Of a stretch of 64,000 bases of DNA, positions 7,715-19,037 are shown piece by piece (position 1 is the stretch's first letter; each line of letters opens with the position of its first letter). The notes under the pieces were generated by a model. It worked only from the letters and a program-made list of their open reading frames with translations, was not told where the DNA came from and made no database searches. The position numbers were made by a program, and so were the translations under genes. Source of the stretch: a bacterium. GTDB taxonomy: Bacteria > Patescibacteriota > Microgenomatia > Curtissbacterales > GWA2-41-24. Location of the stretch: assembly GCA_021813125.1 (NCBI GenBank), contig JAKALT010000002.1, positions 11,424-75,423 of the forward strand, written 5' to 3'.

Positions 7715-9088
7715 CTACTTTGGTAATTGGTTGTAGATTTTCTCTGAGTTTTTGTAGACAACCTGATAGGTATAGGGATAATAGAGAAAAGCTGCAGGGT
7801 CGTCTTCGACAAGAAATCTTTGAAAATCGGCGTACAAATCTTTCCTTAGGCCTTCGTCTTGAGTTGAGCGGGCGTCTTCTAGGATTTTGTCTATTTTTAC
7901 ATTAACATAGCCTGTAATATTGGTCGCTTTTTGGGTTGAGTGCCATAGCGGGTACTGATCCGGGTCGGGAGGGAGATGATTTATTGCCAAAAGGGCCTGA
8001 AAATTTGCAGGAATACCCTTTTCCTGTTTTAGCTTCACATTTACACCGATTGCTTGCCAGTTATCCTGTATTTGCTTGGCTACCTCGTCAAGGCCAGGCA
8101 TAACCGAAAGAGTTATGGTTTGCCCTTTGGCATTTGTTCTTGAGAGCATCTCTTTGGCTTTTGCAGGACTAAAATCGTATCTTTTGACTGAAGGATTGTA
8201 TGCCCAACTTGCAGAAGAAATTGGGCTGAATGCACTTTCACCGTCAAAATTATCCTTATTTATGGCGTATGTTAGTGCCTGCCTTAAATCCCGAGATGAA
8301 AGGAGCTGGTCACCGGTTTTGAAAAACACTGTAACCAGTGAACTTTCGTCTGTATCCTGTTTTACGTCAACGTTGGGCCACGACTTAAAAGCTTTTGCGT
8401 TTGCTACTTTTAGAATTTTTATATCACCCATTTTGAGGGCAGTTATTGCCTGTTTTTCTGAGGGGTAAAATTTAATCTCGACTTTTGGCAGGTTGGGGTT
8501 TTTGGGATGAAGCCTGATCCTTTTCACCATTGAATCGACCTGGTCGATACCTACAATTCTAAATTCACCCGTACCGTAAAAGGTCTTTGTCTTAAAAACC
8601 GGTTTATCTAACGCTTCAAGGAATGAAGATATGGGATTTGGGAGATGAAATTCGATTGTTTTGTTGTTTATTGCACTTGCGGTTACATTTGTTATGGCTA
8701 TGCTTATATCTTTGGCATCTACAGGTGTTGCATCGTGCCAGGTGAGATTATCTTTTAGAAAAACGGTGTAAGTTTTTTGATCTTCCGAAACAGTCCAGTG
8801 TGAGGCAAGTGAAGGTTGGGGTTTTCCGTCGGGGCCTTCCGTTATAAGCGATTGCGTAGCAAGAGTTAGGACTTCTGTCGGGATTTGTTCCAACGTGTAG
8901 TTGCCAACGTAGCCTATTGTAAGTGTGCTGCCGTTATTGATTACAGGAAGAAGTTTTACCAATGCCAAAATAAAAAGAATAAGTATTATGAATGAAATTA
9001 AAACTCTACGCTGATACCTGTTTGCGTAGGCCAGGGATAAATGCCACCAAAATTTAAGGCGTCTTGTGCGAACGGATAAAAATGACAT
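7715..9088 (-). CDS. ABC transporter substrate-binding protein family 5 (OppA-like)
   Basis: N-terminal TM anchor; LASHWTVSEDQKTYTVFLK..WHD; RQALTYAINK. Confidence 0.88.
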   Translation of the reverse strand: MSFLSVRTRRLKFWWHLSLAYANRYQRRVLISFIILILFILALVKLLPVINNGSTLTIGYVGNYTLEQIPTEVLTLATQSLITEGPDGKPQPSLASHWTVSEDQKTYTVFLKDNLTWHDATPVDAKDISIAITNVTASAINNKTIEFHLPNPISSFLEALDKPVFKTKTFYGTGEFRIVGIDQVDSMVKRIRLHPKNPNLPKVEIKFYPSEKQAITALKMGDIKILKVANAKAFKSWPNVDVKQDTDESSLVTVFFKTGDQLLSSRDLRQALTYAINKDNFDGESAFSPISSASWAYNPSVKRYDFSPAKAKEMLSRTNAKGQTITLSVMPGLDEVAKQIQDNWQAIGVNVKLKQEKGIPANFQALLAINHLPPDPDQYPLWHSTQKATNITGYVNVKIDKILEDARSTQDEGLRKDLYADFQRFLVEDDPAAFLYYPYTYQVVYKNSEKIYNQLPK

Positions 9089-9094
9089 TTAGAT

Positions 9095-9310
9095 TTAAAT
9101 TAATATTTGCAGAACAGATACTAAAAAAAACAAAAATGCAAAAATTACGGTAAAGTACATAAAAAGTTTTTCTATACCTCTTCTTGAACGATAAACGCCC
9201 CCCGCCCCGCCAAAAACGGAACCAAGGCCCGACCCTTTTGACTGCAGAAGAATCAATGTTATGAGCGTGATAGACACAGCAAGCTGCAAAATTAAAAGGA
9301 AAGTTTTCAT
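9095..9310 (-). CDS. secG: Preprotein translocase subunit SecG
   Basis: Two TM helices, LLQSKGSGLGSVFGG. Confidence 0.93.
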   Translation of the reverse strand: MKTFLLILQLAVSITLITLILLQSKGSGLGSVFGGAGGVYRSRRGIEKLFMYFTVIFAFLFFLVSVLQILI

Positions 9311-9315
9311 AAATT

Positions 9316-10311
9316 TTATAAGTTCTTTATTGCAACAGCAACTTTTTGAGGGTCATGGTAAAGAGGAAACTCTTCGTTTACAAAATCCCCTTCTATAACC
9401 CTGAAATTGTATTTTTCAACTTTTGCCTTATCATATTTTACATAAGAATAGCTTAATTTGCTTGGGATTTTTGGGTTTGTGTTGGTATTTACAAGTATAG
9501 TGTCAAAAATGTTTGCACCCAAGTTATGTTCGAGCGCTTTAAGATAGTCCGAAACGGAAAATCCCGAAGTCTCAAAAGGTTTATTGGCGATATTGACAAT
9601 AAAAAGTTTTTTGGCAGTGGATGTGGTGATTGCTTTTTTAATTTGAGGCACAATAAGAACCGGTAAAACAGTACTGAACAGATCGCCTGGGCCTGCTATT
9701 AGAACCTGTGAGGCTGCGATTGCTTCGACTGACGGCTTATAGGCTTTGGGTGATTCTGGACTTAAGTGGACTTCGGTTAAAGTTCGCGAACCATTATATT
9801 TGCCGAAATCTATATTCTTTTCCCCGAATATCCTTTTCCCTTCTTTGGTTTTTGCCCATATATTTACGTCACCGACAGTTGCCGGCAGCACTCTTCCGGT
9901 TGAGGAAATAATTTTTGAAAGCTCCTCCAGGGCTTTGTTAGCATTGCCGTTGTAAATGTGTGTTAAGGCCACGAATATGAGGTTTCCAAGTTTTTGACCA
10001 CCCAGGTCAGTATCTTTGCCGTAACGCTTGCCTTCAAATCTGTAAAGAAACAAATCGCGAATTACCGATTCTTCTTCTGACAAAGCCGCAAGACAGTTAA
10101 TAAGGTCTCCGGGCGGTGGAACCGCAAAGGCGCGCCTTAATCTGCCGGCAGAGCCTCCGTCGTCTGCCATGGAAACTATTGCCGTTATATCCAGATTTAA
10201 ATCCCTGAGCCCCTTTAATATTTGGGCTGTTCCTACGCCTCCACCAAGGCATGTTATGGTGTTTTTTGTCTCCGGTATTTCGAAGTAATGTTTAAGAAAT
10301 TTTCTAAACAT
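9316..10311 (-). CDS. yvcK: YvcK/GlmR (CofD-related) protein
   Basis: GGGVG, DDGGSAGRLR, PPGD, GPGDLFS. Confidence 0.9.
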   Translation of the reverse strand: MFRKFLKHYFEIPETKNTITCLGGGVGTAQILKGLRDLNLDITAIVSMADDGGSAGRLRRAFAVPPPGDLINCLAALSEEESVIRDLFLYRFEGKRYGKDTDLGGQKLGNLIFVALTHIYNGNANKALEELSKIISSTGRVLPATVGDVNIWAKTKEGKRIFGEKNIDFGKYNGSRTLTEVHLSPESPKAYKPSVEAIAASQVLIAGPGDLFSTVLPVLIVPQIKKAITTSTAKKLFIVNIANKPFETSGFSVSDYLKALEHNLGANIFDTILVNTNTNPKIPSKLSYSYVKYDKAKVEKYNFRVIEGDFVNEEFPLYHDPQKVAVAIKNL

Positions 10312-10362
10312 TGTTTGGGTATATTAAACTAAAAATGACGATCTGTCGAGCATAAAACCTGC

Positions 10363-10764
10363 CTATTCAAAGATTATATGGAGGATTTTTTGCAGAATGG
10401 TAATGGTGATTGCGATTGTTACGATTGTCAGTACCTGGTTTAGGTGTATAGCCGGAAGTATTACTCCATTAATATTTGCGCCCGGGAAAGTGTATGGCCT
10501 TATATGAAAACCGGGGAGAAAATTCATTAGCGCAAAAAGGAATGCCACGTTCAAAACAGCCGAAACAAGGCCAAATGTCAAAATATTTATGGGAAGAAAA
10601 ACAATTGAAAAGATCGGGTTTATGAGAAGGGTTATCAGCCAGAAACCGCCGACAAGGAGAAGCAGATTTTTAGGGTCATTACCCAGGCCCACAACCGGCA
10701 ATAAATTAATGGTTGTGTAGACTGAGGCTATTGCAATTAAGAGTGATTTTATGTAATGACGCAT
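10363..10764 (-). CDS. YvlD-like 4-TM membrane protein (phage holin family IV annotation)
   Basis: PINILTFGL motif; four hydrophobic segments. Confidence 0.8.
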   Translation of the reverse strand: MRHYIKSLLIAIASVYTTINLLPVVGLGNDPKNLLLLVGGFWLITLLINPIFSIVFLPINILTFGLVSAVLNVAFLFALMNFLPGFHIRPYTFPGANINGVILPAIHLNQVLTIVTIAITITILQKILHIIFE

Positions 10765-10797
10765 CGGGACAGTGCCACTGCAATTGATTTTTGCATT

Positions 10798-12075
10798 TTA
10801 GCTTACGCTTTTCAAGTTGGAGGTCAAGAAAGTTTTAGATCTTAAATGCCTATGGTAAGTAATAGCAAAACGGTGCGCTTCGTCCCGAATGGCTTGAGTT
10901 AACTGCCTTGCTGGACTTTCCTTTGGGAGGGCAATCGGTTGTATTTTCCCCGGAACGAATATTTGCTCGAGACGTTTTGCCAAAGACACAACTTGGATAT
11001 TATCATTTTTCGATTTAGATAGTGCTGAAAGGACTGCGTTTAGCTGTCCCCTGCCGCCGTCTATAATCATAAGGTCCGGCTCTGGCCATGTGTTTTTAAA
11101 GCGCCTTGCTACTACCTCCTTTAACATCAGGTAGTCATTGGGTTTTTGTGAGAACTTGATTTTAAAACGCCTGTATTCGGATTTTTCGGGAACCCCGTTT
11201 ATAAAAACAACCATAGAACCTGTTGCATGTTTTCCCTGCAAGTTAGATATGTCATAACACTCTATCCTTTTCGGAAGTTTTTTAAGAGTGATTTTCTCCT
11301 TTAAGTCTTTTAGTCTTTGCAGCGTTAAGTCGTCTACAAGCGTTGGTTTTTCCAAAAATTCTCTTGGGGTGTGGAAAATTGAGTTTAGATATTCCAGCTT
11401 TTGAATCTGGTTTTTGATTCGTGCTGCCTCTTCAAAATCCTGTTTTTTCGATGCAATTTGCATATCTGCCGTCAGGTCTTTTATCAAACTTTGACTTTTG
11501 CCTGAGAGAAGTTTTTTTATGTGGGCAACGGTTTTTTTATAGGCAATTGCCGATGTTTTCCCTTCATAAGGATATGGGCACAGCCCCAAGTGCACATAAA
11601 GACAAGGTTTTTTAGGGTTTTTATGCTGACAGTAAGGGAAAACTTTACGAATAAGTTTTAGTATGTCCTTCGTAACTTTTGCAGACGGGAAAGGGCCTTT
11701 TATAAAAACTCCCCTTTGGGGCGTTACTTTTCTTGTTAATGTAACAAGAGGAATTTCCCCTTCTATTTTGATATATATTGGACTCTTGTCGTCTTTTGCA
11801 ATTACATTATAAAAGGGCTTGTAGGTTCTTATTAGCTCAGACTCGAGCATTAAAGCTTCAAACTCGGAAAAGACCTTGATTGTTTTTACATCTGCAATAT
11901 TTTTGACCAGCATGTCAGTTTTAGGGCCGAGATTTTTATTTGTAAAATAGGAAGCTACCCTTTTTTTAATGGAAACCGATTTTCCAATGTAGATGACTTT
12001 TTTGTCTTTTGAAATAAATTGGTAAATTCCCGGGCCGTTTGGGAGGTTACTAAGCTTTTCCTTGAATGATTTCAC
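10798..12075 (-). CDS. uvrC: Excinuclease ABC subunit C (short form, no C-terminal HhH)
   Basis: GIY-YIG, UVR domain, IECYDIS, IDGGRGQ, IRDEAHRFA. Confidence 0.93.
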   Translation of the reverse strand: MKSFKEKLSNLPNGPGIYQFISKDKKVIYIGKSVSIKKRVASYFTNKNLGPKTDMLVKNIADVKTIKVFSEFEALMLESELIRTYKPFYNVIAKDDKSPIYIKIEGEIPLVTLTRKVTPQRGVFIKGPFPSAKVTKDILKLIRKVFPYCQHKNPKKPCLYVHLGLCPYPYEGKTSAIAYKKTVAHIKKLLSGKSQSLIKDLTADMQIASKKQDFEEAARIKNQIQKLEYLNSIFHTPREFLEKPTLVDDLTLQRLKDLKEKITLKKLPKRIECYDISNLQGKHATGSMVVFINGVPEKSEYRRFKIKFSQKPNDYLMLKEVVARRFKNTWPEPDLMIIDGGRGQLNAVLSALSKSKNDNIQVVSLAKRLEQIFVPGKIQPIALPKESPARQLTQAIRDEAHRFAITYHRHLRSKTFLTSNLKSVS

Positions 12076-12099
12076 AGAAGTTGAATTGTAGCAAATATC

Positions 12100-13980
12100 T
12101 CAAGTTTGCGCCCGATTATGTTTTTTGTGATGTCTATTGTAGAATCGCAAACCTAAATAGAGTAATACTATGACAACGGGAAAAGATGCTAAAAACGGTA
12201 GGGTAAAGGCGATTTCGTATATTGGTTTTATTAAAATAGGTTTTGAGATTTGAGCGTCTGCAAAACCTAGAATAAGATTGTCTTTTTCCTGATTTAGGTT
12301 GCTTTTGGTTTCAATGTCAAATTTAAAATTCCTGTTTGCAAAAGGCGGAAGCACGGCAACCAGAAGAGGATTTGGGGACGTTATAGAAAGTAGTTTTGAA
12401 GAAAGTGAAAGTTTTTGGTTGATAATCGAAGTTGAGCCTGAATTGACTAAGTTTGCCGTAACTGTTGTGGGTATCTGGGAGTAAATTGCTTCGGGTGTTA
12501 ATAGCTGCAATTGCGCTGTTGCAGTCGGTGTCGGTAGGTTTTCGGCAAAGGAAACATCAACACTTTTTTGATTCAGCCTTGTTTTGTCTTTAAACGCGCC
12601 TGCAGGTAGCGGGTCTGTTGAGGAAATACCTCTTTGAATAAAAGTTATATGGTTGAAGTCCAGTTTGTTGAAGTAATCTAATCCCCCTGATGTTGAACCC
12701 CAAGTAGGGTCTACCTGAACCCACCCCAGGTTGTCGTCCCAATATTCCGGCCATGCGTGAAGTACGTCCCCGCTGTTTAAAGTTAGTGAGAGAGGCCTTA
12801 GGCGCTCGTTTTGAGTGTAGGCATAGCCTTCCACTTCTCTTGCGGGAATTTTGGCTGCCCTGGCTATTGCAATAAACAAATCCGTAAATTCCATGCATAT
12901 TGAATCTTTGGGCGTTTGAATTGCTGCTGCAGCCCCTTTTCTTTCTATTGTCTGCTGCGTTAGGCGTTCGGTACTGTAAGAGAGGTATGTTGAAACAAAA
13001 TTATATATCTGTTCTGGGGTTTTAAGCTCGTTAGCCTTATCTTTTATGAAGCCGTTGTCCGTTTCCCAATATCTTTGGGGTTGGATATATTGGTTTTTTT
13101 GGTCTTGTGTCAGTTTCGTGTAAATGTTTCTGAAAGGCTTGCTGAAGACTTCAACATAACCCTGGGCGGTTATATTTAATTTTTGCTTAGGCGACAACTT
13201 ATACTTGGCGACAAAATTTCCCTCGTCGTCCACAGTTACATCCTCGGGTTTCGGGTCCATTTTTTCGAGTACAATTTTTTGATAATTGTTATCAGGCGGA
13301 AGCGTGATTGTAGACGTTTGGCTAGTCACGTTATTGTTCTGGAGAAAATAATTAAGCTTAAAGGCGAATACCTGTTTTTCCCCGAAAGACATTGAAATAC
13401 CAGATTGCAGAAGCTGGTCTTTTGAAAAGGTAAATTCCTGGGTTTGCGATTTTTGCTGGCTTGTCACGGGCTTTGGGGTAGTGAAGGCGACGGGTCCAAA
13501 AATCCTGGGTATGCTAAGTGTTGCACTGTAGCTTCCCATATCCTGCGAAGAAGCAAGCCTTGGTATAGAAATTTCCCAAATTTGCCCAGATTTGGTTGCG
13601 AGTTCGTCGGAAGAATAAGACAGGCTCCAGTTTAGTTTTTTGCCCTCCCCTATTACGCGCTGGTTGAATTTGACAGTTATTGTTGTGACGTTATTGTCGA
13701 AGTTTACTTTGGTATCAAGATTACCCGTGTCGTCTGCAGCTTTTACATTGGTGACTTTTGTTGATCCTATTTTTAGTTCAAACTTGTCAGCGTAATAATT
13801 TGCGGTTTTGTTGGTAAGTGTTATGTTTTGGTTAACATCGGTTTTACCATTTGCGGAAACGGAATAATTTACCTGATAATCGGTTTGAAATTCACCCTCG
13901 GCTTTTGCGACTCTTGGAAAGCAAAAGGTAAGGAATACAAAAAGAGATGCCAGAAGAAAAAATCGGGCAAGCGATTTCAC
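12100..13980 (-). CDS. Exported transglutaminase-like protein with C-terminal TM anchor
   Basis: Signal peptide; triad C(MEF)/H(AWPE)/D(PTW). Confidence 0.87.
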   Translation of the reverse strand: MKSLARFFLLASLFVFLTFCFPRVAKAEGEFQTDYQVNYSVSANGKTDVNQNITLTNKTANYYADKFELKIGSTKVTNVKAADDTGNLDTKVNFDNNVTTITVKFNQRVIGEGKKLNWSLSYSSDELATKSGQIWEISIPRLASSQDMGSYSATLSIPRIFGPVAFTTPKPVTSQQKSQTQEFTFSKDQLLQSGISMSFGEKQVFAFKLNYFLQNNNVTSQTSTITLPPDNNYQKIVLEKMDPKPEDVTVDDEGNFVAKYKLSPKQKLNITAQGYVEVFSKPFRNIYTKLTQDQKNQYIQPQRYWETDNGFIKDKANELKTPEQIYNFVSTYLSYSTERLTQQTIERKGAAAAIQTPKDSICMEFTDLFIAIARAAKIPAREVEGYAYTQNERLRPLSLTLNSGDVLHAWPEYWDDNLGWVQVDPTWGSTSGGLDYFNKLDFNHITFIQRGISSTDPLPAGAFKDKTRLNQKSVDVSFAENLPTPTATAQLQLLTPEAIYSQIPTTVTANLVNSGSTSIINQKLSLSSKLLSITSPNPLLVAVLPPFANRNFKFDIETKSNLNQEKDNLILGFADAQISKPILIKPIYEIAFTLPFLASFPVVIVLLYLGLRFYNRHHKKHNRAQT

Positions 13981-14015
13981 AGTGTGTTAAGTATCTGTTG
14001 TCGGCCCTTGGGCTG

Positions 14016-16901
14016 TCAAGACATGTGCTTTTTCAAAAATTGACCCGTGTAAGACTTATTGATTTTTGTTAAATCTTCGGGTGTTGCCGTTGCTATCACG
14101 TGACCGCCAGCGTTGCCGCCTTCAGGTCCAAGGTCAATTATCCAGTCCGCGTTGGCTATTATGTCCATGTTGTGCTCAATAACAATTACGGTGTTACCTG
14201 TTGATACCAGTCTATCTAAAATTGTTAGTAACCTTTCAATATCTGCAAAATGAAGGCCGGTTGTGGGCTCGTCCAAGATGTAAATTGTTTTGCCGGTCGC
14301 CTTTTTTGAAAGCTCTGTTGCAAGTTTTACACGTTGTGCCTCACCCCCGGAAAGCGTCGGTGCTGGCTGTCCAAGGTGTATATACGAAAGGCCTACATCA
14401 TTTATAGTTTCCAGCTTTTGTTTAATTTGCGGAATATTTTCAAAAAACTCCAGGGCTGTTTCTACAGTCATTTGCAGTACCTCTGAAATATTTTTGCCCT
14501 TATAGTGAACCTCTAATGCTTCTTCGTTGTACCTTTTTCCTGCACAAACTTCGCAATCAACGTAAACATCCGGCAAAAATTGCATCTCTATTTTTACCTG
14601 ACCTTCTCCTTCACAAGCTTCGCAGCGTCCGCCTTTGACGTTAAACGAAAATCGTCCGGGGTTATAACCACGAATTCTGGCGTCTGTTGTTTGAGAGAAT
14701 AATTCACGGATGTGTGTAAAAGCACCGGTGTACGTTGCAGGGTTTGAACGTGGCGTTCTGCCGATAGGCGACTGGTCTATAAGAATTACTTTATCAACAT
14801 TTTCCAAGCCTCGAAGTGATTTGTAAGCTCCAGGTTTATCTTTTGAACTGTAAAGCTCTGAGGCGATTGCGTTATATAAAACGTCGTGAATTAGTGTTGA
14901 TTTCCCCGACCCCGAAACACCAGTTATACAAATTAGGTTTCCCAAGGGAAGAGTAATGTCGATATCTTTAAGATTGTGTTCTCTGGCGCCAATAAGCTCA
15001 AGAGTTTGGCCGTTTAGGGAAACGCTGCGCATTTTTGGAAGCTTGATTTTCTTTTTGCCGGACAGATATTTTCCGGTAAGTGAGTTTGGGTTTTTAGTTA
15101 TTGATACAGGCGAACCTTGCGCAATAATCTTACCTCCATGTTCACCTGCACCAGGGCCGAAATCCAAAATCTCATCTGAGGCGAACATCATTTCGCTGTC
15201 GTGCTCAACTACTACAACAGTATTTTCCAGATCGCGAAGTTTTTTCAGTGTTGATATGAGTCGCCGATTGTCTCTTTGGTGAAGACCAATTGACGGTTCG
15301 TCCAAAACATATAACACACCCGAGAGGCCAGAGCCTATTTGTGAAGCAAGCCGTATGCGCTGCGCCTCGCCTCCCGCCAAGGTAACCGCGGACCTGGCGA
15401 TTGTCAAATAGTCCAGGCCAACGTCTACAAGAAATTTTGTCCGAGTCAACAGTTCTTTTAAAATAGGCTTAGCGATTAAAGCTTCTCTTTCTGAAAGCAG
15501 GGGCGGGTCATTATTTTCTAATTTTTGAAGCCATAAAAAGAGGTCTTGTATGCTTTGGATTGAGATATCTGCAATTGACCTTTTTTCAATTGTGACAGAT
15601 AGCGCTTCGGGTTTTAACCTGGTTCCCAGGCAAGTTTCGCAGTCTTCCTGCCGCATAAATCGTTCAATTTCCCGCCTGACGAAATCCGATTCCGTTTGTG
15701 AATATTTAAGCTCTATATTTTTTAATACACCTTCAAAGTTGCTATCCCAGGAAACAATCTTGCCAAACCTGTTCGGTCCTTTAACTCTGTATAACTTGTC
15801 GTCTGTTCCGTTTAGTATCTTGTCTTGTGAATTTTGGTCAAGATTGCTAAAGGGTATATTTAAGGAAACGCCATTTTCTTTGCAAACTGTTTCAAGAACC
15901 CTCCAAGACCAGGAATCGCTACCAACAATTCTGGCCCAAGGCAGGATTGCGCCTTCTGCTATTGTGAGATTGGGATTAATAACAAGCTTGGGGTCTACTT
16001 TTTTAATCACGCCAAGGCCATTACATTTAGGGCATGCCCCATGAGGAGAGTTAAAAGAAAAAGACCTTGGTTCTATTTCCGGAAGAGATATGTTGTCAAC
16101 CGGGCACGTAAATTTTTCGGAAAAAAGATGATCTTTTAGCTCCTTAGGATACTTGGGAATTTCGAAGCTTTTATCCAGAATCTCTGAGGCAATTAGTGAA
16201 CCTTCAGAAAGTTTTAATGCCTGTTCTGTGGATTGGCTAAGCCTTTGTTTTTCTGCCGGAATTACAAGTCTGTCTATTACAACGTCAATTGTGTGTTTGT
16301 TCGTTTTAATAAGCGTAAAATCTTCGTCAATTTCGCGTATTTGCCCGTCTATCCTTGCTTCACGGTAGCCCTTTTTTAAAAGGTCCCTAAACAACTGGGT
16401 AAATTCACCTTTTCGATCTTTTACAACTGGAGCAAGGAGAAGTATTTTAAGATTCTTGGTGTTTGTTTGAGTTGGGAGTTTTTGAATTTCGTCGACAATT
16501 TGAGAAGCAGATTGGTGCGAAATTTCCCGCCCGCAGATTGGGCAATGCGGGTGACCGATGCGGGCAAAAAGTAGTCTTAGATAATCATAAATCTCCGTCA
16601 CCGTACCAACTGTTGAACGTGGGTTGTGTGACGTTGACTTTTGATCTATGGAGATTGCCGGCGAAAGGCCTTCTATTGAATCAACATCCGGTTTGTCCAT
16701 TACACCCAAGAATTGACGTGCGTATGATGCGAGCGATTCAACATACCTCCGTTGGCCTTCGGCATAGATTGTGTCAAAGGCAAGAGATGATTTCCCCGAA
16801 CCGGAAATTCCGGTGAAGACGATTAGTTTATTTTTAGGGATCTCAACGCTTAAGTTTTTGAGGTTGTTTTCCCTCGCGCCTTTTACAATTATTTTATCCA
16901 T
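14016..16901 (-). CDS. uvrA: Excinuclease ABC subunit A
   Basis: Two ABC ATPase domains ([16 protein letters not shown]), zinc fingers. Confidence 0.98.
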   Translation of the reverse strand: MDKIIVKGARENNLKNLSVEIPKNKLIVFTGISGSGKSSLAFDTIYAEGQRRYVESLASYARQFLGVMDKPDVDSIEGLSPAISIDQKSTSHNPRSTVGTVTEIYDYLRLLFARIGHPHCPICGREISHQSASQIVDEIQKLPTQTNTKNLKILLLAPVVKDRKGEFTQLFRDLLKKGYREARIDGQIREIDEDFTLIKTNKHTIDVVIDRLVIPAEKQRLSQSTEQALKLSEGSLIASEILDKSFEIPKYPKELKDHLFSEKFTCPVDNISLPEIEPRSFSFNSPHGACPKCNGLGVIKKVDPKLVINPNLTIAEGAILPWARIVGSDSWSWRVLETVCKENGVSLNIPFSNLDQNSQDKILNGTDDKLYRVKGPNRFGKIVSWDSNFEGVLKNIELKYSQTESDFVRREIERFMRQEDCETCLGTRLKPEALSVTIEKRSIADISIQSIQDLFLWLQKLENNDPPLLSEREALIAKPILKELLTRTKFLVDVGLDYLTIARSAVTLAGGEAQRIRLASQIGSGLSGVLYVLDEPSIGLHQRDNRRLISTLKKLRDLENTVVVVEHDSEMMFASDEILDFGPGAGEHGGKIIAQGSPVSITKNPNSLTGKYLSGKKKIKLPKMRSVSLNGQTLELIGAREHNLKDIDITLPLGNLICITGVSGSGKSTLIHDVLYNAIASELYSSKDKPGAYKSLRGLENVDKVILIDQSPIGRTPRSNPATYTGAFTHIRELFSQTTDARIRGYNPGRFSFNVKGGRCEACEGEGQVKIEMQFLPDVYVDCEVCAGKRYNEEALEVHYKGKNISEVLQMTVETALEFFENIPQIKQKLETINDVGLSYIHLGQPAPTLSGGEAQRVKLATELSKKATGKTIYILDEPTTGLHFADIERLLTILDRLVSTGNTVIVIEHNMDIIANADWIIDLGPEGGNAGGHVIATATPEDLTKINKSYTGQFLKKHMS

Positions 16902-16917
16902 TAGTAAATTTTTATAC

Positions 16918-16933
16918 CCGAATAAATACCGAA
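16918..16933 (-). promoter_or_regulatory. Putative LexA box TTCGG-TATTTA-TTCGG upstream of uvrA
   Basis: Direct repeat abutting -10 TATAAA; same motif at lexA and the dinB operon. Confidence 0.8.
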
Positions 16934-17001
16934 ACTAAATTACTATATGAGGTAAAATTTTAACACCTTTGGCAATAATTTGGAAGCTTCCAATTGGGGC
17001 A

Positions 17002-18996
17002 CTATTGTGTTTTAAGTTCGATGATTTGATCCCTTAAATAGGCAGCTTTTTCGAAATCGAGAATACGGGCTGCGTTTTTCATTTCGCGGTTTAAGAACTT
17101 TATTAGTTTTGTTTTGTCTTCCGGCAAAATTGACCCCTCTTTTGCCCTTTCCATGACGCTGGCTATTACCGTATCCCTGTAGATAAGCTTTTTTTCCTCT
17201 TCTTTTTGACGCTCGACTACCTTTTCTCTGATAGGTTTTTCGATTGACCGTGGGTTTATATGATTTTTTTGGTTGTAATCCGTTTGAATACGTCTCCTCC
17301 TTGTTACTTCTTTTATTGCTTTGTCCATTGATTTTGTGACAACATCGGCATAGAGGATGACCGATCCGTCTATATGGCGGGCGGCCCTGCCCATTGTCTG
17401 GATTAAAGATGTTTGCGAACGTAGGAACCCTTCTTTGTCTGCATCGAGGATTGCTACTAGGGTTACTTCGGGAAGATCCAAACCTTCACGTAAAAGGTTG
17501 ATACCTACCAAAACATCGTAATTGCCCAGCCTTAGATCATCTAATATGTCAGTCCTGTCTAACGTTTCGATTTCGCTGTGAAGGTAAGTGACACGAACGT
17601 TTCTCTCTTCAAGATATTTGGAAAGTTCTTCGGCCATTCTTTTGGTAAGCGTTGTGACCAGAACCCGCTGGTGCTTTTTGACCCTTTTTTCGATTTGGGA
17701 GATCAAGTCCTCTATTTGCCCTTCCGTTTTGCGAACGGAGATTTCCGGGTCTATTAAGCCGGTCGGGCGGATTAGCTGTTCAACCACCTGGTTTGATATG
17801 GATATTTCGTACTCCGCGGGTGTTGCCGATGTGTAAATTGCCTGATTTATGCGCCTTGCGAATTCCTCAAATTTTAGCGGGCGGTTGTCGAATGCCGAAG
17901 GAAGGCGAAAGCCGAAATCGACAAGCATTTGTTTTCGGGCATGATCGCCGTTGTACATTCCTTGAATTTGGGGAATTGTCATATGGGATTCGTCTATTAC
18001 CAAAAGGTAATCTTTTGGAAAATGTTCAATTAATGAAAACGGAGCTTCGCCTGGTTTCCTGCCGTCGAAATAACGTGAGTAGTTTTCGATACCTTTGCAA
18101 TAACCCAGTGTCTTTATCATTTCCAGATCATAATTAGTACGTTGTTTGAGCCGGTGGGCCTCTAAAGCCTTTCCTTTTGACTCTAAAAATTTCAACTGGC
18201 TTTTAAGCTCTTCTTTTATTGCGGAGAGCACCTTTTCGTTTGTTGGGTCGGCCGTTACATAATGTTTTGCTGGATAAAGCGCGTAAAGGGTTAAATCTTT
18301 GATTAATTTACCTGTCACCGGATGGACCATCTCTATTTTTTCGAGTTTTTCGTTTGAAAAGCTTAGCCTCAGTCCGTTGTTTTCGTATGCAGGGATAATT
18401 TCAATCTTTTCTCCGCGGATCCGATATGTGCCTCTGCTAAAATCGGTGTCGTTTCTTTGGTATTGAAGCCTGGCAAAGTCTGTCAAAAGACCTATCCTTG
18501 ACCATGTTTGGCCAACTTTCAAATCGATTCTGGCGTTTTTGTATTCCTGGGGAGACCCAAGATTGTAGATTGCCGAAACTGAAGCTACGACTATTACGTC
18601 GTTTCTTGTGGAAAGAGACGTAGTTGCGGCAAGCCTAAGCCTATCTATTTCTTCATTTACCTCGGTCTCCTTCTCTATATAAGTGTCCGTTGAAGGGATG
18701 TAAGCCTCGGGCTGGTAGTAATCGTAGTATGAGACAAAGTAGCAAACTGCATTGTTGGGGAAAAACTCGCGGAATTCCTGATAGAGTTGGGCGGCAAGGG
18801 TCTTGTTGTGGCTTATGATTAAAGTAGGTTTTTGGACTTTTTGGATGACGTTTGCGATCGTAAATGTTTTACCGGATCCGGTGACACCTAGCAGAGTTTG
18901 GTGTTGATAGTTTTTGCCGATGCCACTTACCAGCTTCTCAATTGCTTGAGGCTGGTCACCGGTTGGTTTGTATGATGATTTCAGATCAAATTTCAT
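17002..18996 (-). CDS. uvrB: Excinuclease ABC subunit B
   Basis: GVTGSGKT, YYDYYQPEAY, DESH, UVR tail. Confidence 0.98.
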   Translation of the reverse strand: MKFDLKSSYKPTGDQPQAIEKLVSGIGKNYQHQTLLGVTGSGKTFTIANVIQKVQKPTLIISHNKTLAAQLYQEFREFFPNNAVCYFVSYYDYYQPEAYIPSTDTYIEKETEVNEEIDRLRLAATTSLSTRNDVIVVASVSAIYNLGSPQEYKNARIDLKVGQTWSRIGLLTDFARLQYQRNDTDFSRGTYRIRGEKIEIIPAYENNGLRLSFSNEKLEKIEMVHPVTGKLIKDLTLYALYPAKHYVTADPTNEKVLSAIKEELKSQLKFLESKGKALEAHRLKQRTNYDLEMIKTLGYCKGIENYSRYFDGRKPGEAPFSLIEHFPKDYLLVIDESHMTIPQIQGMYNGDHARKQMLVDFGFRLPSAFDNRPLKFEEFARRINQAIYTSATPAEYEISISNQVVEQLIRPTGLIDPEISVRKTEGQIEDLISQIEKRVKKHQRVLVTTLTKRMAEELSKYLEERNVRVTYLHSEIETLDRTDILDDLRLGNYDVLVGINLLREGLDLPEVTLVAILDADKEGFLRSQTSLIQTMGRAARHIDGSVILYADVVTKSMDKAIKEVTRRRRIQTDYNQKNHINPRSIEKPIREKVVERQKEEEKKLIYRDTVIASVMERAKEGSILPEDKTKLIKFLNREMKNAARILDFEKAAYLRDQIIELKTQ

Positions 18997-19037
18997 ATCA
19001 ATCGTACATTATATCTTAAATCTAATAGATATGGCTC

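Noticed and set aside
10363-10764. Prophage suggested by the holin-family annotation
   Set aside because: YvlD-like genes are ordinary chromosomal neighbours of uvr/yvcK, and no phage genes are nearby.
10798-12075. uvrC as a truncated pseudogene
   Set aside because: Both nuclease domains are intact with a clean stop; loss of only the HhH tail fits a short natural form.
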